Positions 15,420-26,625 of a stretch of DNA of 64,000 nt are shown here, in pieces. The notes under the pieces were generated by a model. That model saw nothing but the letters and a program-made list of their open reading frames with translations, ran no database searches and had not been told where the DNA came from. The DNA lies in the IMG/VR virus record IMGVR_UViG_3300021431_000099, positions 1-64,000 of that record, one strand, 5' to 3'. The position numbers and the translations under genes were made by a program. Each line of letters opens with the position of its first letter. Positions within the stretch are counted from its first letter, which is position 1. This DNA is from a virus (taxonomy: Duplodnaviria > Heunggongvirae > Uroviricota > Caudoviricetes).

Positions 15420-17972
15420 TTAGGTTGTTGCTTTAGTATATTCAACTGTTACCCAAGCACCACGATATAAGGTTACACTAGTGCCAAATCGTAATTTTAA
15501 TCCATCTTGATCTATATATATGTGTAAGCGATCTGCCGTACTTCCCCAATAGTATGTTCCAGTCCAAATATCATTTGCATTACTATATTTAGTATTTGCA
15601 ACCATATCTATTATATGAATAAAATCATAATTTAAATCAGAAATATCAATGGTGCCCGCCGCATCAAAAACATAAGTGCGACGATATAAAGGCTTTCCAT
15701 CAATCCAAGTGCCGCCAGTTAAAACTTCCCCTGTAGTATAATTAGTTATTCCTGTAATACCACCAGAAAAAGTTGCTACTCCAGCAACATTTACAGGCCC
15801 ATTTAAATAACTAGTATAATTACTATTGACTTCAAATTTTTTAGCGCTACTTGTACTGGTGGAAGTCATACCTATAGCTGCGCCATAAGAATTTAAACTA
15901 ATCACATTATTAGTATTTACAAGAAAATTACTATCATTAGTTAATTGAGAGGTTTTTGTTGGAACAGTTAATGTACCACTACTATTACCTGTTATAATTG
16001 CATCAATTTCTGCCGTTGTGATAGCAGTTAAATCAAGGTTACTTGTTGGTATAATTTCTTGCCACACTGGAGCAGAACTTGTCATACATAAATATTTGGG
16101 TGTAGTTGTGGTATTGGCGCCGAGTCTTGCAGGTGTGTTTGCCGCAGACCAATAGATTATATCACCTTTGGTGCCGGTTGAGCTATTTAAAACAGTATTA
16201 TTACTTGTTTGATTCCAAATATATTTTTCACCAGTAGTTACTAATGATACTGCGGTGCCATTACTTGCGGCAGCTTTACTCTCATACGTGGTATCAGTAA
16301 ATAAAGCGTTTTCTGGAACAGCTGTTTTTACTGTTAAACCATTTATTGTCGCAGCATCTCGCACATATTCTTGTATACCATTATTTTTATATTGATACAC
16401 TGGATGCGTTTCTACAAATAATATTTGATAACCATTTGTAGCCAAAGCTGTTCCAATAAACATGTAAACTTTATTATCAACTTCTGTAGGTAATACTTGA
16501 GTATAAATATCGTCATCCAAATAAAATAATCCATCTGCCCCTATAGTTCCTACAATATATACTGGCTTCCCTGCCGTTAATGTTGTACCACAATTAGAAC
16601 TATATCTAAAATCTAATTGCTCATGTGAAGCTGCATATACAACACGACCGTTTGCTGCTATATTACCGCTACTCCAATTATACCAAATCATTCCGGGCAC
16701 AAAACCAGAAGTATTTTTTTGTTTTGTAGTCCCCGTTCCTGCAGAAGTAGTGATACTAGCAACTGTACCATCGGGTTTTAACATAAATAAACTATATTGA
16801 TATACTGGAGTGCTTCCTACTAAAAAACTGTTCGTACTTGATGAAGTAGTTACATAACCAGAATTACTATCACTCGTTTCTTGAAAACCTGCGGCATATA
16901 AATCTATAGAACGTCTTGTATAATGACTAATAGTTATGCTTGATTGACGAATTAAATCATCTAAAAATTCAATAGTACAATTATCATAATCTATTAATGA
17001 TACCTCTACAGTACGTGCATAGTCAGTGTTAGTTTCGTTATTGCTATAAAGTTGAAAACCCATTAATACTATATTATCCGTTGTACTTGTTGGATATGCA
17101 TTAATAAGATAACGTATGGCATAGGTTGCTCCTGGATTAACTTTAACATAATGTGCTTTTTCATTATTTCCGTATCCATAATAGTCAACATCCCAATCCA
17201 TAGAGGCATATTCTAAATGATTGGGAACAGTAGCATGTACTTTAAATTTAATATGCCAAACAGTTGTTGCATTAGGGCGTGTTATTTTAAAACAGAAGGC
17301 GGTTCTTCCATTATCATCTGCGGCAGTAGCATAAAAATTAGTATATATTTTTTTTATTGATGTAATATCAGTTGTAATTATATTTGCCCATTCTGGCGTT
17401 GATGTTTCACCTTGTGCTTTCAAAAATTGTCCTGAAGTGCCACCACTAGTAGGCGCATATATATTGGTGCTTGAAGTATAATTATGCGCATTATTTATTG
17501 TAGGTAAACCATAATAAATATCTCGCTCCGTAGGGAGTGAAGTACCCGTGCCAATAGCGGAGGCAGAACTACTATCTGTGACTGCTTTGGCACTGGCCGC
17601 CGCAAGTGTATACCCATCAACTGTTCCGCCAGTAACTAAAGCTTTAGTATTTGGATTGTATGTAAGGGTAGAGGTTTTGTTTACTGTACCTGTTACTGCG
17701 GATGTTGCTGTACTATTAGCGAGAATTATTGGGTAAGCGCCCGCGTTTGTAATTGCGGCGGCCTGGGTAACATTAGTATCACTATTGTTATCACTAGCCC
17801 AATAGACACTTGTACCGTTAGATTTTAAAATTTGGCCGTTTGTGCCTGGGCCATATGTAGTTCCATTTGAAGTGGTTGGAATACGTAGGATTTGAAATTG
17901 ATTTGTTGTTGAGTATATAGTATCGGTTGCCCGTAGGCTACCTGACACGACCGTATCTTTTAATTGTGCCAT
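15420..17972 (-). CDS. large tail fibre or tail spike protein (850 aa)
   Basis: Ser/Thr/Gly/Asn-rich beta-type composition. RBS AAAGGAGG. Confidence 0.65.
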   Translation of the reverse strand: MAQLKDTVVSGSLRATDTIYSTTNQFQILRIPTTSNGTTYGPGTNGQILKSNGTSVYWASDNNSDTNVTQAAAITNAGAYPIILANSTATSAVTGTVNKTSTLTYNPNTKALVTGGTVDGYTLAAASAKAVTDSSSASAIGTGTSLPTERDIYYGLPTINNAHNYTSSTNIYAPTSGGTSGQFLKAQGETSTPEWANIITTDITSIKKIYTNFYATAADDNGRTAFCFKITRPNATTVWHIKFKVHATVPNHLEYASMDWDVDYYGYGNNEKAHYVKVNPGATYAIRYLINAYPTSTTDNIVLMGFQLYSNNETNTDYARTVEVSLIDYDNCTIEFLDDLIRQSSITISHYTRRSIDLYAAGFQETSDSNSGYVTTSSSTNSFLVGSTPVYQYSLFMLKPDGTVASITTSAGTGTTKQKNTSGFVPGMIWYNWSSGNIAANGRVVYAASHEQLDFRYSSNCGTTLTAGKPVYIVGTIGADGLFYLDDDIYTQVLPTEVDNKVYMFIGTALATNGYQILFVETHPVYQYKNNGIQEYVRDAATINGLTVKTAVPENALFTDTTYESKAAASNGTAVSLVTTGEKYIWNQTSNNTVLNSSTGTKGDIIYWSAANTPARLGANTTTTPKYLCMTSSAPVWQEIIPTSNLDLTAITTAEIDAIITGNSSGTLTVPTKTSQLTNDSNFLVNTNNVISLNSYGAAIGMTSTSTSSAKKFEVNSNYTSYLNGPVNVAGVATFSGGITGITNYTTGEVLTGGTWIDGKPLYRRTYVFDAAGTIDISDLNYDFIHIIDMVANTKYSNANDIWTGTYYWGSTADRLHIYIDQDGLKLRFGTSVTLYRGAWVTVEYTKATT

Positions 17973-17985
17973 AACGAGCCTCCTT

Positions 17986-20253
17986 TTAAATTTCTATAAA
18001 TTCAGTTGCTTCTACAAAGCCATTTGTAAAAGAAATATTATTTTTTTCTATTCTAGCATACAGTGCTAGATATTTTTCGCACATGCCTTCTGCACTAGCT
18101 GGTCCAAAGCCTGGAATACCGGTTTTTCCACCGGTTGAATATTTTGTCCAACATCCGCAAGCACCCCACCAACTTCCATAGCCAATATAAGTATTAGATT
18201 GGTTTGCTTTAGCCAATCCATGCACTGGATTATTATATCCTTCTACAACAGTTAATCCTGCTATTGAAGAAGCAGTTGGTTGAGATGTTTGAGTCCATCT
18301 AAATTCTTTTCCATCTTGGATTACATAAAATTCGTATTTACCATTATAAGTATAATTATTAATATATTTTAATTTACTATATAAACCAAAATCATTACAA
18401 TCGGTCGCATTTGAAGAAGTAAATAAATTATTACCATTATCAACATAATGATAAAGTATTAATTTCCAATAACTATTATCTGGCAGAGTTAAGTAAGATT
18501 CAATAGCATTATTTTTTAAAATACCTGTTTTAGTTATTTTATTTTGAGGACTTTCTTCTATTTCAAATGAATGTACTCCGCCCAAATTATCAATCCTACT
18601 ACCTACATTATACAACAATTTTATATCGGTGTCAAGTAGTGGAGTGTAATAAATACGAAAATCACTTATTTGTCCGTTAAAGTAAGGGGCAGAAGGAGAA
18701 GCAGTATTTGCTTCACAACCTAAAAATAATCTAGCATTTGTATTAAAATATATTCCATATGAGGTATTCGTATAAGTATGATGTAGTTCACCATTTATAT
18801 AAGTACGAGTGCCTGTTGAATCATATACAAATGTAAGCATATTCCAATCTGTAGTAGATAAAGAGGCAATTTCCATTTCTTTTGAATCATATTTATAAGT
18901 AGATGAAGTTTTTTCCGCGTTTGTGTAAACACGTATTGGAAATCTTAAATGTCCAGAATTTCCTGCTTCTGTATTAAATCCTCCTGATTCAGTACAGCTA
19001 AATAAATGCGCTCCTGTCCAAGCAGTAGATTTAGCCCATAAGTTTATTGTCATTGCTTCTGCTCCTTGGACCATCCATTTATTATCAGGAACTTTTATAG
19101 CGGCATTAGAACCATTGAATTTAGTACTTGAAGTATAACGCGGAGTATCAGAAGAAATAATTAGTTCATTTATTATTTCTCCATTATGCCCATAACCACT
19201 ACTATCTTCAACCTCTAACGATGGCTCTTTATATAGTTCAAAATTCCAAAAACTAGCTTGCCCATCCCAATATTGTCTATTATTATCATCCATAAATAAT
19301 CTATTTTCGCCCCAAGATATATCATTAGCTACAAATGAATATTCATTATGGCCATTATATATTCTAAATGGTAAAGCGTGGTTACTTTGAGTTCCTAATG
19401 GGAAATACCAATATCCATTATTTGGGATTCCAGAAGCATCACAACTTAAAAAATATCTAGTTCCATTAGTAATACTTTCACTTAAATTAATAGTAAAATA
19501 AGTATCTGCGTTTTCTCCTGTTGTTTGGACTCCTATTCGGCCATCTGTAAGAACAGTAGTTCGGCCGCCTTTTGTAATTCCTGTGACTAGATTCGTTCCA
19601 GTTTTAATTTTCATACTATCCAACTTATAATGCAAAACCAACCCCTGAGCAATCTCCTTCACCTCCGCGGCGGAGAGACAATGGTCATAAATACGGACAT
19701 CTTGTATACTACCACGTGTAGTAGATTCTCCTATCCATCCAGCACCAGTTAAATATCCACCACCTAAATTAGAAGTGATAGTTTGTTTTAATACTCCATC
19801 ATAATACGAACATACAGCAGTATTAGATATAGTAACAACTATATGATGCCATTGATTCTGTTCATTAGCAGTATTATAAGTATATGAACCATTAATTATA
19901 GCATTTGTAGCATTATCATGCCAATGTACCCCACCATATGCTGCTTTTCCATAACCAGTTTCAAAACGAAAATATCCAATTGTATCATTAGTACTTTTGT
20001 CGGTTAAACTTAATATATCCATCCAATTTGCCGTACTTTCAGTATTTGATTCAATCATACACCAAAAAGCGATTGAAAAATATTTTACATTTGCCAGAGC
20101 AGGACAATTAAATGAAGTTCTAGCAGATAAGTTATAAGCTTTATTACCTATTTTCCCAAAATTTTGCCATGTAGGAGTACCAGAAAATGTTATTTCACTA
20201 ATTCCCAAATTCCTCAAATCCCTATCAAGGGGGAGCCATACTCTTAATGCCAT
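17986..20253 (-). CDS. tail protein with lectin or jelly-roll-like regions (755 aa)
   Basis: RBS TAAGGAGGGAG. Asn/Thr/Tyr/Trp-rich. Confidence 0.6.
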   Translation of the reverse strand: MALRVWLPLDRDLRNLGISEITFSGTPTWQNFGKIGNKAYNLSARTSFNCPALANVKYFSIAFWCMIESNTESTANWMDILSLTDKSTNDTIGYFRFETGYGKAAYGGVHWHDNATNAIINGSYTYNTANEQNQWHHIVVTISNTAVCSYYDGVLKQTITSNLGGGYLTGAGWIGESTTRGSIQDVRIYDHCLSAAEVKEIAQGLVLHYKLDSMKIKTGTNLVTGITKGGRTTVLTDGRIGVQTTGENADTYFTINLSESITNGTRYFLSCDASGIPNNGYWYFPLGTQSNHALPFRIYNGHNEYSFVANDISWGENRLFMDDNNRQYWDGQASFWNFELYKEPSLEVEDSSGYGHNGEIINELIISSDTPRYTSSTKFNGSNAAIKVPDNKWMVQGAEAMTINLWAKSTAWTGAHLFSCTESGGFNTEAGNSGHLRFPIRVYTNAEKTSSTYKYDSKEMEIASLSTTDWNMLTFVYDSTGTRTYINGELHHTYTNTSYGIYFNTNARLFLGCEANTASPSAPYFNGQISDFRIYYTPLLDTDIKLLYNVGSRIDNLGGVHSFEIEESPQNKITKTGILKNNAIESYLTLPDNSYWKLILYHYVDNGNNLFTSSNATDCNDFGLYSKLKYINNYTYNGKYEFYVIQDGKEFRWTQTSQPTASSIAGLTVVEGYNNPVHGLAKANQSNTYIGYGSWWGACGCWTKYSTGGKTGIPGFGPASAEGMCEKYLALYARIEKNNISFTNGFVEATEFIEI

Positions 20254-20265
20254 ATAACTCCCTCC

Positions 20266-22536
20266 TTAATTAAACACGAAATCAATGGATTGATCCGTAT
20301 CATTCCACTCTAAATGTGCTTTTTCAGTTCCATTTAAATTCAAACCCAATTCAAGCGCACTTAACAATCCATTGTTTGTATAAGTATATTGATATGAATT
20401 TGTTGTGGGGTTAGCCGCTTGGGTAGTCGCGCCAATAAGATATAGTTTTGATGCGGAATTGGTAGAACCTGCGGTATTTTTGGTATCGGTATAAGATGGT
20501 AAAGTTTTCTTTGTGGCTGTAATAACACCATTCGCATCTTGACTAATGGTATCTATAAAAGTAGTAGAAGTTGTAGATGATGCTGTGGGGTCTGATTTAG
20601 CGGTTTGTTTTACTTTGTAAGAACTTTCATCACCGAGTAAATTCCATTTACTATTGCCCCACACATATTCTTGAGAACCATATAATACAACATCACCTGC
20701 GGTCGCGGTTACATTTGAACCACTAATGGAAACTGTAGCAGTTGTATTTGGCGTGCCAGTAGATATATTTGTAGTTGTAACGCCTAGGAAATGCATTGCA
20801 TTTGATAAGCCGAGTGATGTGCGTAAAGTGTCGGCAGTAATTGCACCTGTATTGCCAGCGACGCTTGTTACTGGATAACTAACCCCAATATCAGCTAAAG
20901 TCGCAGTTCCTCCTAAACTTATCGTTTTATTACCAATTTTAATTGAAGAATTGGCTAATTTTCCGTTCGCGATAGAACCAGCAAGCATAGCATTTGTAAC
21001 TTTACCTTCCCCAATTGTAGTAGCGATAGACCATCCTCCTGTTGAAGAAGCAGAGCCGGTTACATCACCAGTTAATTTAACTTCTTTGTTTGCAGAAAAA
21101 GCAGTTGCGGTTGATGCATTTCCTTCTAAAGCACCAATAAATTTTGGCGCCGTTACTTGTACTGGAAATTCAGTATTACCAGAAGCATCTAATAAGGTGG
21201 CAGTGCGTTTAACAGTTGTGTATGTACCGTTATATTGCCGAGCATAAATTGGTTCATTACCATCATCGGCAGTTGCTACTTCAAGCCAGCCAGAATTTGA
21301 AGCAGTACCACCAGAAGCTATACGACCATAATCGTTTGCTGCAACAGTAAATCTAACTTGTCTAGTAGTAGTAGCATCAGGTGAAGTGACAAGAATATCA
21401 TTAGAAAAAGTTTTCTGTCCAGTAATTGTTTGTGCATTATTTAATAATACAACGTTAGAACTTAAACGAACATCGGCTATAGACCCGGTAAGATTAGAAG
21501 CATTTAATGAGCCGGAAAAAGAAGTCGCGGTTACTGTGGCAGGGAAGGTAACATTTTTATTATGATCCCAAGAATACATATGATCAGAAGCCATATATTC
21601 ATTAGCTTTTGTCCACCAAGTGTCGCCATAACCGCGAATTTCCGCTATTGACTGTACTATATTTAAACTACGATTATCTAAAGTCGTTGAACCACCGGGT
21701 CCACGAGTCATAAAAGTAAAGCGCCAGTTCCAGTAATTCCCTGTTTGATTTTTACCACCGCCGAACATAGACTGAGAAAATGATATAATATCATTCCCCG
21801 ACCAACCCGTCATACCATAATCATCTTTATCAAAAGCTACGATCCAATTTGTTGATGCCGCACCAGTCGCTCGTTCTACTTTTACTTTAATAGAGTTATA
21901 GGCTGAGCTAACCCAAAAATACATATTTTTTATTTGACAATAACGTTCAACTGAAGCAACATAATTACTATTCCAATAATTATATTTTTGTGTTTCACTT
22001 GTATCAGCAGGGACATTATATTTCATTGCTGTTACTGTGACTCTTAGACCGCAATTAATATTCATTTCCCCATTAATTTGAGGAATGGAAATATATGATT
22101 GTCGTTTTTCACTAAATAAATTTTGTTTCTGAGCATCTGTACATCCTGCGTCAGTCCAAGTGGCACCGCCATCGGTAGTTTTTTCAATTATAATTTGGTC
22201 CGCTGGTAAAAATGCTAATCTATTCGCACGGGCATCATTAATTAAAGTCTGATATGTAACATCATTTACACCATTTAATCCCGCTGGACGAACAAGATGT
22301 TGTGTATTCCCTGTTTCATATTTAGTAATTGCTCCAATATGAGCGGCGGTTAAATTAACTTGTCCAGTTCTATAACTGCTTTCTGAATTACCTTTAACAC
22401 CAGTAACTCCAGTATTACTAATTGTAGTGCCTGAAATTCCAATACCAGTTCCCGCGGAATAAGTAGTGTCTTTTATATTACAAATATCCCCATTAGGTAG
22501 CTCAATTTTACTTATTGTATATTCGTTAGTTGCCAT
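20266..22536 (-). CDS. tail fibre protein (about 756 aa)
   Basis: Likely start is MATNEYT at 22536, preceded by GAAGGTGGTGAG. The listed upstream start has no RBS. Confidence 0.65.
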   Translation of the reverse strand: MATNEYTISKIELPNGDICNIKDTTYSAGTGIGISGTTISNTGVTGVKGNSESSYRTGQVNLTAAHIGAITKYETGNTQHLVRPAGLNGVNDVTYQTLINDARANRLAFLPADQIIIEKTTDGGATWTDAGCTDAQKQNLFSEKRQSYISIPQINGEMNINCGLRVTVTAMKYNVPADTSETQKYNYWNSNYVASVERYCQIKNMYFWVSSAYNSIKVKVERATGAASTNWIVAFDKDDYGMTGWSGNDIISFSQSMFGGGKNQTGNYWNWRFTFMTRGPGGSTTLDNRSLNIVQSIAEIRGYGDTWWTKANEYMASDHMYSWDHNKNVTFPATVTATSFSGSLNASNLTGSIADVRLSSNVVLLNNAQTITGQKTFSNDILVTSPDATTTRQVRFTVAANDYGRIASGGTASNSGWLEVATADDGNEPIYARQYNGTYTTVKRTATLLDASGNTEFPVQVTAPKFIGALEGNASTATAFSANKEVKLTGDVTGSASSTGGWSIATTIGEGKVTNAMLAGSIANGKLANSSIKIGNKTISLGGTATLADIGVSYPVTSVAGNTGAITADTLRTSLGLSNAMHFLGVTTTNISTGTPNTTATVSISGSNVTATAGDVVLYGSQEYVWGNSKWNLLGDESSYKVKQTAKSDPTASSTTSTTFIDTISQDANGVITATKKTLPSYTDTKNTAGSTNSASKLYLIGATTQAANPTTNSYQYTYTNNGLLSALELGLNLNGTEKAHLEWNDTDQSIDFVFN

Positions 22537-22585
22537 TTTCTCACCACCTTCAAAAAAAGTAAATGGTATAAATACCATTTACTTT

Positions 22586-24112
22586 TTATTGACCATGAGT
22601 TAGTGTTAATCCAGTAGAATTTGTTAATACAGTAACACTATCTTTATTATTCCATGCAGTATTTGCTCCAGAAGCAGTAGCCTTAATATTTGTTTTCGTA
22701 GGAGTAACTGTGATTGTACTACCAGTACCAAGTACTTCATCTGTAACAATATTTGGATAACCAGTAACTGCTGTAGCGGTACCGTTAGCTCCTACAGCAG
22801 TTCCAGAAGCTGAACCGCCGATATATTTAGTTGTTTTACTAATATCTGTTGCTACGGAAATAATACCAGATTCTTCGTCGTCTGCTCCAGTAGTAAGAGC
22901 TACTGTTGGTTGAGTAATAGTAAAAGTTGAATTTGCTCCTATAACATTACTTGCGGCAGGAGTTCCAGAGCCACTTAAAGCAGAAACAGTAGTTCCACTT
23001 GCAACAGATTCAACAATTGTTGCTCCAACGTTTGTTGTAGTAGATGTGGCAACAGTAGAACCAGTTGCTACAGTAGTTGCGGAACCGGCTATTTTGGCCG
23101 CAGTTACATCTGAAAAAGTAAATTGAGTAGTAGTCTGTGTATTTAATTTTTTTGCTCCAATAACTAAAGTTTCATTACTTACACTAACGTTAGCAAGAAA
23201 ATCTGAATTAGAAGTAGAATTAGCTGCTCCACTTACTGTTGTTTGACTTGTAGCAGCAGTTGCTTTTGACGCTGTAACAGTACCATTACATCCAGTAATA
23301 CTTGTTGTAGATAATTTTTTACTAGTTGGAGAAACAGTTTTTAATACCGTTTCAAATGTAGGACTGGTAATTCCAGTTATAGCACTTTTAGAATCTTTAG
23401 AATTCCAAGTGGTATTTGCACCACTTGCAGTTGCTTTTACATTAGTCTTAGTTGCAGTTGCATTAGTTAATACACCAACTTTCCCTGTCGCAGTACTATC
23501 CGCGGCTGAAAGAGTAATTGTTGGTTGAGTAGTAACTTTAACTCCTGTTAAGACTGTTGAAGTGGTTGGAGTACCAAGACTAGTCATCGCAGATACATTA
23601 TCGCCACTTGCTGTAGCACTTGTAATACCAGTTGCAACACTGATAACTCCATTTCCAGCTGTGGCCCCTGTTGCTAAAGAGATAGTCGGCTGGGTAATTG
23701 TAAAAGTTGCATCTGTACCAATAACGGTATCAGTTTTTTTATCAATAGCTACATCAGTTAAAATATTGGCTAAATTTAATCTCGTATCTCCAATTTTTTC
23801 CCAAAACCAAGTTGTGTCATCATCTACGTTTGGTTTTATTACTACATATTCATCATACACATCTAAAGTTTGCTCTGAAGGAGTAGTTGAAGATTTTACT
23901 AAATAAAAAGCTCCTGGAATCGCATCTTTTGCGGCTAAAGTTCCTGTTACAGAACCGGCTTTTACACCAGCTGGAATATTTGCAGCAGTAGCTGTACCAG
24001 TTCCATTCCAAGCAACAATAAAAGAACCACCATTTATAAAATTTCTTGCGACTTCGTCCTTTATATTATACGTAGTACCAGAAGGTAATGTTATTTTACT
24101 AATATCTGCCAT
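22586..24112 (-). CDS. Thr/Ser/Ala/Gly-rich repetitive fibre protein
   Basis: Likely start is MADISKI at 24112, preceded by AAGAGGTGA. The listed first codon is GTG. Confidence 0.6.
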   Translation of the reverse strand: MADISKITLPSGTTYNIKDEVARNFINGGSFIVAWNGTGTATAANIPAGVKAGSVTGTLAAKDAIPGAFYLVKSSTTPSEQTLDVYDEYVVIKPNVDDDTTWFWEKIGDTRLNLANILTDVAIDKKTDTVIGTDATFTITQPTISLATGATAGNGVISVATGITSATASGDNVSAMTSLGTPTTSTVLTGVKVTTQPTITLSAADSTATGKVGVLTNATATKTNVKATASGANTTWNSKDSKSAITGITSPTFETVLKTVSPTSKKLSTTSITGCNGTVTASKATAATSQTTVSGAANSTSNSDFLANVSVSNETLVIGAKKLNTQTTTQFTFSDVTAAKIAGSATTVATGSTVATSTTTNVGATIVESVASGTTVSALSGSGTPAASNVIGANSTFTITQPTVALTTGADDEESGIISVATDISKTTKYIGGSASGTAVGANGTATAVTGYPNIVTDEVLGTGSTITVTPTKTNIKATASGANTAWNNKDSVTVLTNSTGLTLTHGQ

Positions 24113-24124
24113 AAGTTTCACCTC

Positions 24125-24643
24125 TTAATTGCGGTTTAATATTAAAGTTTCTTGACTAACCGAGTCTTCGCAGTTAATTTTATTATTCCATTTAGTGCGT
24201 TCGGTCGCGGTTATGTGGACTGTAGTATTGTTAATATGATTTAACAAATCTTCTGCGATGTCATCTCCAACAAATGGTAAATCTATTCCATAGGCCAAGC
24301 CATCACCTATTTTAATACCGGGTACTATAGTATTATCACTTAAAGTTTCTTTATCTGTATAGATAAGAATACTTCCTTTGCTAGGAACATAATTCAATCT
24401 AGCTTGCCATTCAACAACACTACCAATTTCTATTTTTATACCATTTAAAGTGGCGGCATCTATAAAAGGTAGATTTATTACCGTTGTATTTCCATCACCC
24501 ACTTTTAAACGAGAAAAAGGGTGAGTATCATCAGCTGAATAAATGATGACCTCACCCTTTTTTGGCGTAAAGTTTATAGCCTTATTCCAATTTTCTTCAG
24601 TGTCATTTTTCAACTGAATTCTCGTTTTTATGGTTTCTGCCAT
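24125..24643 (-). CDS. small protein with two HylP-type tail-fibre N-terminal motifs
   Basis: TRIQLKNDTEENW...KGEVIIYS.D......LKVGDGNTTVINLPFI, repeated twice. Confidence 0.6.
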   Translation of the reverse strand: MAETIKTRIQLKNDTEENWNKAINFTPKKGEVIIYSADDTHPFSRLKVGDGNTTVINLPFIDAATLNGIKIEIGSVVEWQARLNYVPSKGSILIYTDKETLSDNTIVPGIKIGDGLAYGIDLPFVGDDIAEDLLNHINNTTVHITATERTKWNNKINCEDSVSQETLILNRN

Positions 24644-24666
24644 AAAATCACATCCTTGGCATCATT

Positions 24667-25509
24667 TCAGCCAATTAATTTTGCAAGCGTCTTTTTCCCG
24701 CAAATACCATCAGCAGTTAATCCATTTTGCTGTTGATATTCTTTTAACGCTTTTTCTGTTGCGGCATCAAAAATTCCATCCTTTCGGCCGCAATTATAAC
24801 CCAACTCATTTAATGCTTGCTGTAATTCTTGTACAGCTCCATTCGTATCTCCTTTTCTCACTGTAGTCCATTGTAAGAAAAAGAAACTTCTTTTTAATGG
24901 CGGTTCCATTTTTAAACCGCCTTGCGTAAACCATTCTAAATCTTTATTACCATATAATTTATTTAAATCTACACGACTTGGAATACCATTAATATGCCCC
25001 ATACTAGTATATTGCCAAATATCACAAGGAAATTTAGGAGCGTAATTTTCATCGGCTAAACCAGTATTTTTACCATAACGTGGTATCCATATAAAATCAA
25101 AATAATCTTTTATGTCCCTTATATAAGGGTAGCGACTTTGCCCTATATATAATCCAACTTTTTTCGCCCCTAAACTTCTTAATGTATCTAAAATAGTTTG
25201 ACAAATTATTTTTGTAGTTTTAGATGTTTGAGTCTTATATTCTATATCAGGGCAAAAAAATAATGGTTCTAACCCTTCTTGAGTAGCAGACATATAGAAA
25301 AAAGCAGCCTCTTTTTCTGCTTCTTCTTTTGTACCGGCTTTAAAATAATGGTATACTCCAAAAGGAATACCGCATTTTTTAGCATTATCAACATATTTTG
25401 TATCTATTTTATCGCCTACACTCGCGCGAAAAATTACCATATCTAATTCTTGGCGCGCTTTATCCCAATCTATATTACCTTGATAAACACTAATATCTGC
25501 TATATACAT
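24667..25509 (-). CDS. endolysin: GH25 muramidase plus C-terminal peptidoglycan-binding domain
   Basis: MYIADISVYQGNIDW...GIPFGVYHY matches the GH25 N-terminus. C-terminal RKGDTNGAVQELQQALNELGY...DGIFD...T..A...YQ matches PG_binding_1. RBS TAGGAGGGAAAT. Confidence 0.8.
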   Translation of the reverse strand: MYIADISVYQGNIDWDKARQELDMVIFRASVGDKIDTKYVDNAKKCGIPFGVYHYFKAGTKEEAEKEAAFFYMSATQEGLEPLFFCPDIEYKTQTSKTTKIICQTILDTLRSLGAKKVGLYIGQSRYPYIRDIKDYFDFIWIPRYGKNTGLADENYAPKFPCDIWQYTSMGHINGIPSRVDLNKLYGNKDLEWFTQGGLKMEPPLKRSFFFLQWTTVRKGDTNGAVQELQQALNELGYNCGRKDGIFDAATEKALKEYQQQNGLTADGICGKKTLAKLIG

Positions 25510-25522
25510 ATATTTCCCTCCT

Positions 25523-25550
25523 AAAAAGAAAAGGCGGGCATAAGCCCGCC
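25523..25550 (-). terminator. rho-independent terminator
   Basis: Stem ggcgggc-ttat-gcccgcc, followed on the minus strand by uuuucuuuuu. Confidence 0.55.
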
Positions 25551-25555
25551 ATTTA

Positions 25556-26491
25556 TTATTTATAGAAAATAAAGTATTGTTTACATTGCGCTTTCATAAG
25601 GTTCTTTTTTGCCTTAGCTCTTACAGAAGAAGCAGATGCTGGGTCATTTACATATACATATGTACCATCAACCCACCACCAACAAATGAAGTGCCCGCCT
25701 TTGGTCCACAGGCCTGGTTTCATACTACATACCACATAAGCACCATCTTTAATTGCGGCTTCAGCGGTAGCAAAAGAAGCAGTCTGTACAAACTTACTTG
25801 CTCCGTATTTTTGGGCGCAATATTTAAAGAAACCCCAAGAGGTACCGCTATTAGTAGTGCGATAGCCTTTTGAGACAGATAATGCCGCTAATGTTTTGGG
25901 TGTAGCAGAGCTATCCCACCAAGTAGCCACTATATCTGCCATACTAGTTGGACCGCAGCCTGAATTACGGATAGTTTGCTTTTTGTTATATGTACCATTT
26001 TTAGTATATACAACAGAACCCCATTTACTATCATATTGCTTAAAATTTTTAGGTTGTACATTCTTTTTGCCTGGAGTATTTGAAGTAGAGGTAGATGAAG
26101 TAGTATTTTTTTGTGATTCGCCGCGAAACGCTGTTTGCCAAGTAGCCGCACCAACAGCTCCATCTGGAATAAGTCCAACTGTAGATTGATATGCTACTGT
26201 TGAAGCTTTTGTGCCAGAACCAAAAATACCATCACTATCTACACCTAAAAATAATTGCCACATTTTAACAAATTTATTTTTATCACCTTTACGAATAGCT
26301 GGAAGCGTTTTTGATAACATAATCCAATCGGCTTCTGTCATTTCGCCATTAGGATTCATACCTAATTGTTCTTTCCAGTTATTAAGTGCGGCCGCAGTTT
26401 TAGGGCCAAATTTTCCGTCTACGCCAACTCCCAAGAAGGCTTGAAGGATTTTAACTTCTGTGCCAGTGCTTTTATTCTTGATTGTCATCAT
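25556..26491 (-). CDS. cell-wall hydrolase: two peptidoglycan-binding repeats plus a papain-like (CHAP/C39-like) cysteine peptidase domain
   Basis: Two PG_binding_1-like repeats. C-terminal NSGCGPTSM and GGHFICWWW suggest a Cys-His catalytic pair. RBS GGAGGTGAAGGATA. Confidence 0.7.
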   Translation of the reverse strand: MMTIKNKSTGTEVKILQAFLGVGVDGKFGPKTAAALNNWKEQLGMNPNGEMTEADWIMLSKTLPAIRKGDKNKFVKMWQLFLGVDSDGIFGSGTKASTVAYQSTVGLIPDGAVGAATWQTAFRGESQKNTTSSTSTSNTPGKKNVQPKNFKQYDSKWGSVVYTKNGTYNKKQTIRNSGCGPTSMADIVATWWDSSATPKTLAALSVSKGYRTTNSGTSWGFFKYCAQKYGASKFVQTASFATAEAAIKDGAYVVCSMKPGLWTKGGHFICWWWVDGTYVYVNDPASASSVRAKAKKNLMKAQCKQYFIFYK

Positions 26492-26625
26492 TATCCTTCA
26501 CCTCCATTAGGATTAATTGTCCTTTATCATTTTTTATCCATACTTGATCTTCTGTTATTGTTTCATAGTCATTTGGCTCTGTAGCCACTGTAAAAAAATT
26601 AAATAAATTCATATTTTATCCTCCT

